Below, piece after piece: positions 1-9,534 of a stretch of DNA of 64,000 nt. The DNA comes from Geopsychrobacteraceae bacterium (GTDB lineage Bacteria > Desulfobacterota > Desulfuromonadia > Desulfuromonadales > Geopsychrobacteraceae). The stretch lies in NCBI GenBank assembly GCA_963676795.2, contig CAXXTB010000002.1:1888001-1952000 (forward strand), read 5' to 3'. The position numbers and the translations under genes were made by a program. Under the pieces are notes generated by a model. It had not been told where the DNA came from. It saw only the letters and a program-made list of their open reading frames with translations, and did no database searches. The stretch's first letter is position 1; each line of letters begins with the position of its first letter.

Positions 1-65
1 TGCTCGACATGACCCCGGCCAGCTATACCGGAATCGCCAGCCGCATTGTCGACCTGCTCGGCTGA
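1..65 (+). CDS. purB: 3' end of adenylosuccinate lyase (partial, truncated by window start)
   Basis: Frame 3 reads LDMTPASYTGIASRIVDLLG*, resembling the LxxxTPxxYxGxA C-terminus of PurB; only 20 codons visible. Confidence 0.6.
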   Translation, partial: LDMTPASYTGIASRIVDLLG

Positions 66-79
66 TCAGCGCAACAGAC

Positions 80-124
80 GGGCCGTTCTGAAAGACGTCT
101 GAAGATAATTGTTCAGAACGGCCC
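80..124. repeat. 13-bp perfect inverted repeat (hairpin) downstream of purB
   Basis: GGGCCGTTCTGAA (80-92) / TTCAGAACGGCCC (112-124), 19-nt loop, no U-tract. Confidence 0.6.
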
Positions 125-143
125 ATGACTTAAGAGGGCAAGC

Positions 144-593
144 ATGAAACTGCTCTACGTCTACCGAACCAAGGGCGGAGAATTCTATCTCGGCCAGAGT
201 GAAGATGGAAGATACCACCCGCTGCTCTACGGTGAAAGCCTCGGAGAATATGCCAGCCTCGAGCAGGCCGCCGAGGAGCTGGCCGCCGGACGTACCATAG
301 CACCGGACTGCAGCACCTTCATTGAAGAGCTTGGCATTCCCGCCGAGCTCAGAGACTGGACGAACTCTAACGGCCCAGCCGTTAACCCAAACGACCAGAC
401 AGGACGTATCACCATGAACCTAAATGCCCTTTTTTTCATTCGGACAATCGTGACAATTGCCCTGCTGGTCGGCGGACTCTGGCTGATGAGCCGTGACATG
501 ACCGTTTTCGCCTTTGTCTGCTTTGCACTGGGCGGTTTTCTGATCAGGCTGAACAAGAAACAGAAAGGCACAGGGACAGCACCAAAAAAATAA
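144..593 (+). CDS. Hypothetical protein: soluble N-terminal domain plus two C-terminal TM helices
   Basis: 149 aa ORF with AGAGGG RBS; two hydrophobic segments followed by a basic tail. Confidence 0.7.
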   Translation: MKLLYVYRTKGGEFYLGQSEDGRYHPLLYGESLGEYASLEQAAEELAAGRTIAPDCSTFIEELGIPAELRDWTNSNGPAVNPNDQTGRITMNLNALFFIRTIVTIALLVGGLWLMSRDMTVFAFVCFALGGFLIRLNKKQKGTGTAPKK

Positions 594-780
594 CAGGAGA
601 TCTCCAGTCCCCCTCTTCGCATACAGACATGACAACTGCCTGTTCTTATTCAGTTGCTGATTGAACTGTCAGCGACAAATAAAAACTTCCTTTTTCTGAT
701 TTCTGATTATTTGTTATAGTTCTTGCGTTTTTTTCACAAACTGCATGTGACAGACTATTCTGTCTTCAGGAGGGGAGCTG

Positions 781-2520
781 ATGCGCAAACCAACCTTACG
801 CTCAGCCTTGATATATCCGTACATTTCACTTGTTATTATTCTTGCCGTAGCTGTCGGAGCTCTTTCCTACCGGACCGGGCAGCATGCCGTAACAACAGTC
901 ACAGAGCATATGCTCAAAGAGATCGTCAGCCGTATCAGCCAGGCGGTAGACCGTCACGTCGTCGGCTCGGTCGCAACGCTTGAAACGGCATTTCCTGATG
1001 GGATGGCCGCCCCGGAGTCGATTGAAACGGACATCGAGGCAATGCAAACCCGCTTCTGGATCGCGACTTCTCTGCATATCGATCCCAATAATTACGTCTA
1101 TTACGGCAACATCAAGGGGCAGGCGTTCGGCCTTTATCGCCATTCCATCAATGCGGGCGAACTGCGCGTCAAGTTCGACGCCAGGGAGCATCGAAAAAAG
1201 TTCAACATTGACGGGATAAACGCCAGTCCACAATACATGTCGACGGAAGAAAAACTGTTTGACCCCAGAACCCGCCCCTGGTTCAAGGTGGCCCAAACCA
1301 GCCAGAAGGATATCTGGACCTCCGTTTACATCGATTTCGGCACCTATGACCTGGTCGCAACACGCGCCAGACGAGTCCTCGGCAGCCATGGTGAGCTACA
1401 GGGCGTCGTCGCCACCGACATGCCGCTGAAAAACCTCAACACCTTCGTCAGCAACCTGCAGATTTCCGCCAACGGCATCGCCTTTATCATCGAGCCGAAC
1501 GGCGATCTGATCGCCTCCTCATGCAGTCCGAATATCAAACAGACAGCGGATGGACAGAATGTCCGCATCAACGCGGCGGACAGCGGCAATTTTCTGCTCA
1601 ACGAGGTTTACATGCGCCTCAAGCCGCTGCTCAAAGAGATCGATGACAATGTGCCGCGCACCTTCTTTTTCAAAAACAGTCATGATCAGAATATCAGCGT
1701 CGCATTTGAAATCTTCCGCGACAAGGCGGGGTTGAACTGGATCAATGTCGTCGCCCTGCCTGACAACGATTTTCTTGGTGATATCAGTAAAAACGTACTG
1801 AGAACAATCTTCATCGCCATTCTGGCAACCTGCCTTGTTGTTGTTATCGGCCTGAGTATCTTCAACTGGCTGTCGAAAGATCTGACCAAGCTGGCCGTTG
1901 CCGTCAACAACGTCTGCAGTGGTCGCCTTGAGGAACCGATCGAGATTCATCGCAACGACGCCATCGGTACCCTGGCCGACAGTTTCAGAGCCATGCAGCA
2001 TCGCCTGAAGACCGATCACCTGACAGGCCTGCCCAACCGTTACGCCTTTGAACAGAGCCTGACGGCCATGATCGAAAGCTATCAGAGTGAGCAAAAACCT
2101 TTCGCTGTCATGTTCGTCGACATCAATGACTTCAAACAGATCAATGATCGCTATGGGCATGAAACAGGCGATCAGGCCCTGATCGAGTTTGCCCAGAGAT
2201 TGCGCTCAAACACCCGCTCGGGCGACCTGGTCGCTCGCCTGGGCGGCGATGAGTTCGTTTTCATTCTGAAAGAGATCCGCTCTTCAGCCGAGCTTGATCC
2301 GATCATCCAACAGCTGGACAGAGCCCTGGCAGCCCCGCTGCTGTCGATCACGACTGAAAAGGAAACCTACCACGCGGCCATCGGGGTCGCACAATATCCT
2401 ACGGATGCGCTGAGCATGAAAGAGCTGTTGTCCGTTGCCGACAACCAGATGTATACCCATAAGTTTTCCTTCAAGGAGGCACGCCCAGGGAGCCCGCAAG
2501 ATCAGAATGAGCCCTCCTGA
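781..2520 (+). CDS. Membrane-bound diguanylate cyclase (dCache-HAMP-GGDEF)
   Basis: Two TM segments, FDPRTRPWF cache motif, HAMP, DHLTGLPNR, intact RLGGDEF and RxxD (RSGD) I-site. Confidence 0.93.
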   Translation: MRKPTLRSALIYPYISLVIILAVAVGALSYRTGQHAVTTVTEHMLKEIVSRISQAVDRHVVGSVATLETAFPDGMAAPESIETDIEAMQTRFWIATSLHIDPNNYVYYGNIKGQAFGLYRHSINAGELRVKFDAREHRKKFNIDGINASPQYMSTEEKLFDPRTRPWFKVAQTSQKDIWTSVYIDFGTYDLVATRARRVLGSHGELQGVVATDMPLKNLNTFVSNLQISANGIAFIIEPNGDLIASSCSPNIKQTADGQNVRINAADSGNFLLNEVYMRLKPLLKEIDDNVPRTFFFKNSHDQNISVAFEIFRDKAGLNWINVVALPDNDFLGDISKNVLRTIFIAILATCLVVVIGLSIFNWLSKDLTKLAVAVNNVCSGRLEEPIEIHRNDAIGTLADSFRAMQHRLKTDHLTGLPNRYAFEQSLTAMIESYQSEQKPFAVMFVDINDFKQINDRYGHETGDQALIEFAQRLRSNTRSGDLVARLGGDEFVFILKEIRSSAELDPIIQQLDRALAAPLLSITTEKETYHAAIGVAQYPTDALSMKELLSVADNQMYTHKFSFKEARPGSPQDQNEPS

Positions 2521-2546
2521 CCTTCCTTGTTACAAATAACCAAACC

Positions 2547-2581
2547 ACGGTATCGAATTTTGTTTTCGACACCGTTTTTTT
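2547..2581 (+). terminator. Rho-independent terminator after the diguanylate cyclase
   Basis: ACGGTATCGAA / TTCGACACCGT stem (one mismatch) followed by a T run. Confidence 0.7.
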
Positions 2582-2582
2582 C

Positions 2583-2629
2583 TTGACCATCCCTGTTTTC
2601 TTACCTATTCTTCCTGAAATTGGTTTTCA
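2583..2629 (+). promoter_or_regulatory. sigma70 promoter with adjacent Fur-box-like palindrome upstream of feoA
   Basis: TTGACC (2583-2588)-N17-TATTCT (2606-2611); TGAAATTGGTTTTCA (2615-2629) resembles the deltaproteobacterial Fur motif TGAAAATnATTTTCA. Confidence 0.7.
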
Positions 2630-2709
2630 TTTCGCTTTTCGAAAGCTCAACCCGTACTGTCCTGCCAAAGATGTCATTTCAAACAGTACTGAACAAGGAG
2701 ATACCCCCT

Positions 2710-2952
2710 ATGTCGTTATCATTACGTCATCTAAACAAGGAAGAGCGTGGCCGCATCACGGCAGTCACCGCAGAAGGAGAGATCGGCCGGCGCCTGCGTG
2801 ACATGGGTCTTTCGCCAGGGACAGAACTGACGATCGTCGGTCGTGCGCCGCTGAAAGATCCGGTTGCAATACGGCTGCGAAACTTCACCCTGACGCTGCG
2901 CAACAACGAAGCAGATTATATTTTTGTTGAAAAGCTGGAGAATGAATCATGA
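2710..2952 (+). CDS. feoA: Ferrous iron transport protein A
   Basis: RRLRDMGLSPG...RAPLKDPVAI...LTLRNNEA motif; AAGGAG RBS before ATG 2710; overlaps feoB start. Confidence 0.95.
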   Translation: MSLSLRHLNKEERGRITAVTAEGEIGRRLRDMGLSPGTELTIVGRAPLKDPVAIRLRNFTLTLRNNEADYIFVEKLENES

Positions 2953-5114
2953 GTCACGCCACGACAATCGCCCTGGCGGGCAACCCCAACTCAGGGAAAA
3001 CGACCCTCTTCAATTCTATTACCGGAGCCCGTCAGCACGTCGGCAACTATCCCGGGATTACCGTCGAAAGAAAGGAAGGCACACTGAACCATCAGGGTCA
3101 GCAGGTCAAACTGATCGATCTGCCCGGGGCCTATTCATTATCCGCCTATTCTCAGGAAGAGCTTGTCGCGCGCAATGTCCTGGTTGGTGAACGGCCCGAT
3201 ATCGTTGTCGACATCGTCGACGCAACGACCCTTGAGCGCCACCTCTACCTGGCGATCCAGTTCTTTGAGCTGGGTATCCCCTTAGTCCTGGCTCTGAACA
3301 TGATGGATGCTGTCCGCAAACAGGGGCTGAACATCGACAGGGAGAAACTTTCGGCGCTGCTGAACTGTCCGGTTGTAGAAACCATCGGCCGTACCGGTGC
3401 CGGAAAGGAAGAGCTGCTGACTGAAGCACTCAAACAGGCCAGGGCCAGAGACGGCCTGTGGCAGCCGCTGCAGATCTCCTACGGAGCGGACATCGACCAG
3501 GCCATCGACCTGATGACCTGCATCATCAACGATGGGCAGCATCTGACCGACACCTATCCGGCCCGCTGGGTCGCCCTGAAGTACCTTGAGAACGACGAGG
3601 AAATCATCCGTATCGGCCGCAGCAACAACGAGATCGCTGAACGGCTCGAGCGCCAGGCCCTCAAAACAAAAGAACACTGTCTGGCGACCCTGAACATGAC
3701 CCCAGAGGCGATCATTGCCGACTACCGCTATGGCATGATCAATTCGATCCTGCGCCAGGGGGTCCTGACTGAAACAAAGACTCAGGAGCAGCGGATCGAC
3801 ACCACGGCCGCCATCGATCGCATCCTGGTCAACCGGATGTTCGGTCCGGTGATCATGATCGCCATTCTCTACCTGATGTTTCAGGTCACCTTCACCCTCG
3901 GCGAGATCCCCATGGGTTGGCTGGAAAGCTTCTTCGGCTTTCTCTCGGAGACTGCGACCGCAGTGATCCCTGATGGCTTCGTTCAGTCGCTGGTCGTTTC
4001 TGGCATCATCGACGGTGTCGGCGGCGTCATGGGCTTCGTTCCCCTGATCTTCATCATGTTCCTGATGATCTCGTTTCTGGAAGACTCCGGCTATATGGCC
4101 CGGGTCGCTTACATGCTCGACCGGGTCCTGCGCATTTTCGGCCTGCACGGTTACTCGGCAATGCCCTTTATCATTTCCGGGGGTATCGCCGGAGGTTGCG
4201 CTGTTCCGGGCATCATGGCGACCAGAACCTTAAGAAGTCCGAAGGAAAAGCTGGCGACCCTGCTCACCGCCCCCTTCATGTCCTGCGGTGCCAAGCTGCC
4301 GGTCTTCCTGCTGCTGGTCGCGGCCTTTTTCCCGCACAGTCAAGCCCAGATGATGTTCATGATCACCCTGGTGGCCTGGCTGATGGCCCTGCTGGTCGCC
4401 AAATTTGTCCGCTCCACGGTCATCAAGGGGGAATCGACACCTTTCGTCATGGAGCTTCCGCCCTACCGCATGCCGACCCTGCGCGGGATCCTGATGCACA
4501 CCTGGGAACGAACCTGGCACTACATCCGTAAGGCAGGGACGGTCATCCTGGCCGTATCGATCCTGCTCTGGGCCGCGATGACCTTCCCCGGTCTGCCGGA
4601 GAGCCAGACCGCCCAATTTGCGGCTCAACGCAGCGCAGCTGAAACAGCGATAACTGACGCGACACTTCTGGAAGCAACCTTGAGTGATATCGATAATCGT
4701 GAAGGCCAGACCGCCCTGCGCCACTCGATTGCCGGTCGGGTCGGTTCCCTGCTCGAACCTGTCAGTCAGATGGCCGGTTTCGACTGGAGAACCAATATCG
4801 CCCTGGTCGGTGGTTTTGCCGCCAAGGAGGTTATCGTTTCGACCTTTGGCACAGCTTACTCGCTGGGTGATGTCGACCCTGAAGATGCAGAGACCCTGTC
4901 CGAACGACTGGCCAATTCTCCCGACTGGAACCGTTTTACCGCTCTGGCGATGATCATCTTTGTCATGCTCTATGCGCCATGCTTTGTCACGGTCGTTACC
5001 ATGGCGAAGGAATCGAGTTGGCGCTGGGCGCTTTTTGCGACAAGTTTCAATACTGTGCTTGGTTTTGTCCTGGCAACCCTGGTCTACCAGGTCGGAACCA
5101 GACTTTTTCTCTAA
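2949..5114 (+). CDS. feoB: Ferrous iron transport protein B
   Basis: GNPNSGKT, NYPGITVE, DLPG GTPase motifs; gate domains; FVMELPPY. Confidence 0.98.
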   Translation: MSHATTIALAGNPNSGKTTLFNSITGARQHVGNYPGITVERKEGTLNHQGQQVKLIDLPGAYSLSAYSQEELVARNVLVGERPDIVVDIVDATTLERHLYLAIQFFELGIPLVLALNMMDAVRKQGLNIDREKLSALLNCPVVETIGRTGAGKEELLTEALKQARARDGLWQPLQISYGADIDQAIDLMTCIINDGQHLTDTYPARWVALKYLENDEEIIRIGRSNNEIAERLERQALKTKEHCLATLNMTPEAIIADYRYGMINSILRQGVLTETKTQEQRIDTTAAIDRILVNRMFGPVIMIAILYLMFQVTFTLGEIPMGWLESFFGFLSETATAVIPDGFVQSLVVSGIIDGVGGVMGFVPLIFIMFLMISFLEDSGYMARVAYMLDRVLRIFGLHGYSAMPFIISGGIAGGCAVPGIMATRTLRSPKEKLATLLTAPFMSCGAKLPVFLLLVAAFFPHSQAQMMFMITLVAWLMALLVAKFVRSTVIKGESTPFVMELPPYRMPTLRGILMHTWERTWHYIRKAGTVILAVSILLWAAMTFPGLPESQTAQFAAQRSAAETAITDATLLEATLSDIDNREGQTALRHSIAGRVGSLLEPVSQMAGFDWRTNIALVGGFAAKEVIVSTFGTAYSLGDVDPEDAETLSERLANSPDWNRFTALAMIIFVMLYAPCFVTVVTMAKESSWRWALFATSFNTVLGFVLATLVYQVGTRLFL

Positions 5115-5130
5115 CAGCTAGGAATTGATT

Positions 5131-5295
5131 ATGTATCAGGCTCTGGATCTGAGTATCGCTTTAACCATCGTGCTGATAACAGCTATCTACTCAGCCTACG
5201 GCATCTATCGCGTTTTCAAACACAGCAAAACGGGTTGTTCTTCAGGCGGCTGCGCCGGATGCCCCTGCTCAGGACAGAACTCGCTGCAGAAATAA
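5131..5295 (+). CDS. FeoB-associated Cys-rich small membrane protein (54 aa, not in ORF track)
   Basis: Reads MYQALDLSIALTIVLITAIYSAYGIYRVFKHSKTGCSSGGCAGCPCSGQNSLQK*; one TM plus CxxxxCxxCxC; AGGA RBS. Confidence 0.85.
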   Translation: MYQALDLSIALTIVLITAIYSAYGIYRVFKHSKTGCSSGGCAGCPCSGQNSLQK

Positions 5296-5358
5296 AAAAA
5301 TGCCCCGTTCCGGAGGAGGCCGGAACGGGGCGAAGTCCATGACTGGACTACAGAGAGA
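5294..5358 (-). ncRNA. Candidate small RNA with anti-SD (CCUCCU) terminator loop
   Basis: Minus strand: CUCUCUCUGU, AGUCCA-GUCA-UGGACU hairpin, 12-bp stem GCCCCGUUCCGG-CCUCCU-CCGGAACGGGGC, then AUUUUUUU; no ORF; 5' end inferred. Confidence 0.5.
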
Positions 5359-5460
5359 GTTTGCGTTGCAAACGAAATGCACTATGGCACTCCGTTATCA
5401 CAACGCTTGTGACTTTACAAGGCGCAGCAGGAGAAAACAAGTGTTAAGTTTAACCAAAAT

Positions 5461-5476
5461 TGGCGACTTTTCGCCA
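5461..5476. promoter_or_regulatory. Palindromic operator, candidate sigma54 enhancer (UAS)
   Basis: TGGCGA-CTTT-TCGCCA perfect dyad just after the stop codon of the sigma54 activator gene. Confidence 0.5.
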
Positions 5477-5498
5477 TCCCTCACTGAGGGTTCACACC

Positions 5499-6860
5499 TC
5501 AATCGAGGTTGTACTTTTCGAGCTTGTAACGCAGGGTGCCGCGTGGCAGATTGAGGAGCCTTGAGGTCCTGGCAATATTTCCACCGGTAATTTTGATCGC
5601 CTTGGCGATCAGTTCCTTTTCGACCTGAGCGACTATCTCGTCAAGAACAACCCCCTGCGGCGGAATCTCCAGGTTCAGACCGATCTCCGCCCTTGGCTCA
5701 CGCCCCCAGATTTCCTGCGGCAGGTGCCCCGGCTGAATTTCAGCGACGTCATACATGATACAGATCCGCTCGACGATATTGCGCAATTCCCTGACATTGC
5801 CCGGCCAGTGATAACGCGCCAGCAGATCGAGCGCATCCCTGCCGAAACACGCCATCTTCTTGTTGAATTCCTTACTGAAACGTTGCAGAAATGCATCGAG
5901 AAGGATGGGGATATCCTCCTGACGCTCACGCAATGGGGGGATCTGGATCGGGAAGACATTCAACCGGTAGTAGAGGTCCTCGCGAAACTCCTTATGATCG
6001 ATAGCCTGCTTCAGATCCGCATTGGTCGCAGCGATGATCCGGACATTGATATCAATATTCCGGTTCCCCCCAAGACGCCTGATTTTACGGTCTTCAAGAA
6101 CCCGTAACAGTTTGACCTGCAGGCTGAGATCCATTTCGCCGATCTCGTCGAGAAACACAGTCCCCCCGTTCGCTTCTTCAAAAAGACCGATCTTCCTCAG
6201 CTTGGCATCGGTGAAGGCCCCCCGCTCGTGACCGAACAGTTCGGTTTCAAGCAGATTGTAGGGCAGAGATCCGCAGTTGATCTCGACAAAAGGCCGACCT
6301 GCACGTGGCGACAGATTGTGAATCGCTCTGGCGACCAGCTCTTTGCCGGTACCGCTCTCTCCGGTAACCAGGACCGTTGCGGTCTCATGCTTGGCAACCT
6401 CCCTGATCTGATGAAAGATGCTGAGCAGGGCCGGGCTGTTACCGACCATATTGATGCCGGCCTCCTCTTTTGTCAGCTGCTTGACCTTGCGTCTTAGCGA
6501 TTGGGTTTCCAGCGCCAGCTTGACGATCAGATGAATAGCATCGGCCTTGAATGGCTTCTTGATATAATCATAGGCGCCTATTTTCAGGGCTTCGACGGCG
6601 CTCTCGACAGTACCGTAACCGGTAATAATGATGACCAGCAGTTCCGGATTGATCTCACGCATCGCCCGCAGCACATCAAGCCCGCTGCCTGCCCCGAGGT
6701 TGAGATCGAGCAGAACCAGACTGATCTCTTCTTCCGCAACCAGACGAATCGCATCCTCCGCGGTATCGGTTGAAATCGTTCCGTAACCGTCCTCGGCGAG
6801 AATGCGTTCCAGGTTTTCGCGGATGAATGCCTCGTCGTCGACAATCAGAATTTTATCCAT
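5499..6860 (-). CDS. Sigma54-dependent response regulator (REC-AAA+-Fis HTH, NtrC/AtoC family)
   Basis: ILIVDDE, LLD phosphoacceptor, GESGTGKE, GAFTDA loop, LFLDEIGE-type Walker B (VFLDEIGE), WPGNVRELRN, C-terminal HTH; GGAG RBS before ATG 6860. Confidence 0.96.
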   Translation of the reverse strand: MDKILIVDDEAFIRENLERILAEDGYGTISTDTAEDAIRLVAEEEISLVLLDLNLGAGSGLDVLRAMREINPELLVIIITGYGTVESAVEALKIGAYDYIKKPFKADAIHLIVKLALETQSLRRKVKQLTKEEAGINMVGNSPALLSIFHQIREVAKHETATVLVTGESGTGKELVARAIHNLSPRAGRPFVEINCGSLPYNLLETELFGHERGAFTDAKLRKIGLFEEANGGTVFLDEIGEMDLSLQVKLLRVLEDRKIRRLGGNRNIDINVRIIAATNADLKQAIDHKEFREDLYYRLNVFPIQIPPLRERQEDIPILLDAFLQRFSKEFNKKMACFGRDALDLLARYHWPGNVRELRNIVERICIMYDVAEIQPGHLPQEIWGREPRAEIGLNLEIPPQGVVLDEIVAQVEKELIAKAIKITGGNIARTSRLLNLPRGTLRYKLEKYNLD

Positions 6861-6926
6861 CAGTTTCTCCATCTGCAGGGACGGCTGCGCAAGGACACTC
6901 GGGCATACCAATAACGACTTTTCTGA

Positions 6927-9434
6927 TCATCCGACTGGCAAGCGCACGGTCACTCTGGTCCCGCGACCGGCAGCACTGTCAATGGCGATATCGCCGCCAT
7001 GATCCGAAATGATATTGTAACTGATTGCCAGCCCCAGCCCGGTCCCCTGCCCCTTGCTGGTGTAAAAAGGCTCAAAGACAAGCGGCAGGCTTGCTTCCCC
7101 GATCCCGGCCCCGTTATCTGCAATCTCCAGCTCCAGCCAGTCATCCTTACGGGCCAGGGCCACCCTCAGCCTGCCACCATGCGGCATCGCATCCAGCGCG
7201 TTATTGAACAGGTTCAGCAATACCTGCTTGAGCCGGTCGTTATCGATCCGGATATCCGGCAAATCGGCGGAAATCTCCTCGATCAACTCGATCTGCTGTT
7301 TCTGAAACTGCTTATGGAGCAGAAAGATTGAGTCACGCACAACCTCACCCAACTGGGCTTCTTGCAACTGCGGCTCAGGCAAGGTGGCAAAACGTAACAT
7401 CTCATTGACCAGACCATCCAGCCGCTCGATCTCTTCAAGAGCTTTGCGGATCAACAACTGATCGTCTTTACTGCCAAGCAAACGGTCATGCAGCTCATCG
7501 AGCAGCAGACTGACCCCGGTTAACGGATTCCTGATTTCATGGGCAATCCCCGCCGACATGCGCCCGAGCGACGCCAGGCGATCCATACGTGCCATCTGCT
7601 GGCGCATGTTGACACGCTCGGTCAGATCTTCAACCGTCAACAGCCAGCCGATCTGCGCCCTGAAACTGAGCGGAAACAGCGCCAGACGATAAGTCAGCTT
7701 GCGATTCTGTCGCACCAGGGGAACATAGACCCGGAATGACTCATGCGCGCCTGCGGGTGCCTGTGTGAACCAGAGACCAAGCACCTGTGAGATTTCAGGC
7801 CAGGACCTGAACACTTCATGCCAGGCGACAGGCCGGTCTGGCTCTGAGATATTCAGGATCTGACAGGCAGGGCCGTTAGTCCAGGTCAGGTTACAGGCTG
7901 AATCGAAGGTCAGAATACCACTTTCGATATTTTCAAAGACGGTATTTTTGAAATTCCGCTCACGCAACAGCTCGCGCCGGGATTTGCGCAGTTCCCGCAA
8001 AGTTTTCAGCAACCGCTCGCGCCGCCCGTTGAGCTCCCTGATCATCTGGTTGAACGAATCGGCCAGGACGGCAACCTCGTCATGCGTCTGCTCAGGCAAG
8101 CAGGCCAGCTCCGTATGTTGCCCGGCAATCATGCGCCTGGTCGTATTAGTCAGCGACCTGAGCGGCAGAACGATACTGTTGGCAAAGAGGTAGGCAACGA
8201 CCACAATGACGGCTACCGTCAGAGCGATAACCAGCCAGGACTCAACCAGATGCTTATCGATTTCATGGCGGATCAGTCCGGCCAGAGACTCTGCCGGCTG
8301 ATGAAAACCGGACAGTTCTGCACCGATGGTCACGGCGCCGAAATAACCGGTCTTCTGATAGACGCCATGGCTATAGCGGATGGGGGCAAAAGCCATGATC
8401 TTCGCCGAGCCACCGATATTGGTCGTATCAAGCACCCCCGCACGACCATCGAGAATCGCCCTGGCGACAAGCGGGTAATGCGGATGGATGAATTCAGCGC
8501 TGAGCAGATTAAAGGGGGTTCGTCCGGCCGAGAGATCCGCATCCGGCGTATCTGCCGTATAGGCCGGCACCAGTTTACCCTGCGGATCCAGACCGCGAAT
8601 ATCCCAGAGATTCGGATGGGTGATCGCCCAGCCTTCATCGTCAAAAATAAACGCATAATTTCCGCTTTCGTAGGAGGGGAAGACGACGTCTTCACTGCCA
8701 ACGGGGTTGATGTGCTGCGAAAATTCCATCAGGTGCCGATGGTCGAGAGACAGAACGACCATCCCGGAAAACTGCCCGTGGCTGTAGAGCGGGGTTGAAA
8801 AACGGATCACGCCTTCGTAACGGCGCCCCTCTACGGCGGCGAAGGAATTTTCTGCCCCACGCAGCTGCTCTGCTCGGCTGACATGCCAGCCGAGCAGATG
8901 GGTCACCCAGATATCGCCAGCGGCCAGCTCAAGCGTCCGGGCAAAGTAATCCTCTGTCCTGTAGGTCGTCTGGGCCGGGTCGGCAACCCGACGCAGCAAC
9001 GAGGAAGACACCCCATCGACTATGCGGATGCGCTCAAAACCTGCAGCATCGACATAGCTGATCTCACTGTAGAGCGGTACGCTCTCGCGTGTTTCACTGG
9101 TCTGAGTATTGGTACCGCTGCGCGACCAGACGAGGCGTTGATGGTTTCGGGAAAAACGTCGGTAGAGCTCTGCATCCGCGGGCAGCAGAGCAAGATCATG
9201 CAGATCCCCTTCAACCTGCGCAAGAAAATCAGCGATCTGGCGGGCGACCATTTCCGAACGCTTCTGCAAAGCCTGGCGCGCCTGATGATCCAGCGCCTGG
9301 GTTGTCTGACTGGTCAGAAGCTGTTCGACTTTCTGCAGGCTGTGTTCGGAATTGAAGAGCAGCAGCCCCAGCGGCAGCAGGGAAAGCAGCAGCATGGCCC
9401 CCAGGACTTTGGTGAGTAGACTGACACGCAACAT
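6927..9434 (-). CDS. Sensor histidine kinase (periplasmic cache-like, HAMP, PAS, HisKA, HATPase)
   Basis: GIAHEIRNPL H-box, NLFNNALDA, DNGAGI, GTGLGL; two TM segments; start uncertain. Confidence 0.93.
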   Translation of the reverse strand: MLRVSLLTKVLGAMLLLSLLPLGLLLFNSEHSLQKVEQLLTSQTTQALDHQARQALQKRSEMVARQIADFLAQVEGDLHDLALLPADAELYRRFSRNHQRLVWSRSGTNTQTSETRESVPLYSEISYVDAAGFERIRIVDGVSSSLLRRVADPAQTTYRTEDYFARTLELAAGDIWVTHLLGWHVSRAEQLRGAENSFAAVEGRRYEGVIRFSTPLYSHGQFSGMVVLSLDHRHLMEFSQHINPVGSEDVVFPSYESGNYAFIFDDEGWAITHPNLWDIRGLDPQGKLVPAYTADTPDADLSAGRTPFNLLSAEFIHPHYPLVARAILDGRAGVLDTTNIGGSAKIMAFAPIRYSHGVYQKTGYFGAVTIGAELSGFHQPAESLAGLIRHEIDKHLVESWLVIALTVAVIVVVAYLFANSIVLPLRSLTNTTRRMIAGQHTELACLPEQTHDEVAVLADSFNQMIRELNGRRERLLKTLRELRKSRRELLRERNFKNTVFENIESGILTFDSACNLTWTNGPACQILNISEPDRPVAWHEVFRSWPEISQVLGLWFTQAPAGAHESFRVYVPLVRQNRKLTYRLALFPLSFRAQIGWLLTVEDLTERVNMRQQMARMDRLASLGRMSAGIAHEIRNPLTGVSLLLDELHDRLLGSKDDQLLIRKALEEIERLDGLVNEMLRFATLPEPQLQEAQLGEVVRDSIFLLHKQFQKQQIELIEEISADLPDIRIDNDRLKQVLLNLFNNALDAMPHGGRLRVALARKDDWLELEIADNGAGIGEASLPLVFEPFYTSKGQGTGLGLAISYNIISDHGGDIAIDSAAGRGTRVTVRLPVG

Positions 9435-9534
9435 GTTGGCGATTATAGAAGAAAAACCCAAAGGGGTATATGAAAAGTCATATCAGCCCCCATGCGCCAC
9501 GAACGCGGGGGCCTGACAGATCGGCACCAGGAGG

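Noticed and set aside
5385..5400. TGGCAC on the plus strand as a sigma54 -24 box
   Set aside because: No TTGC at the required spacing, and it points into the 3' end of an oppositely oriented gene.
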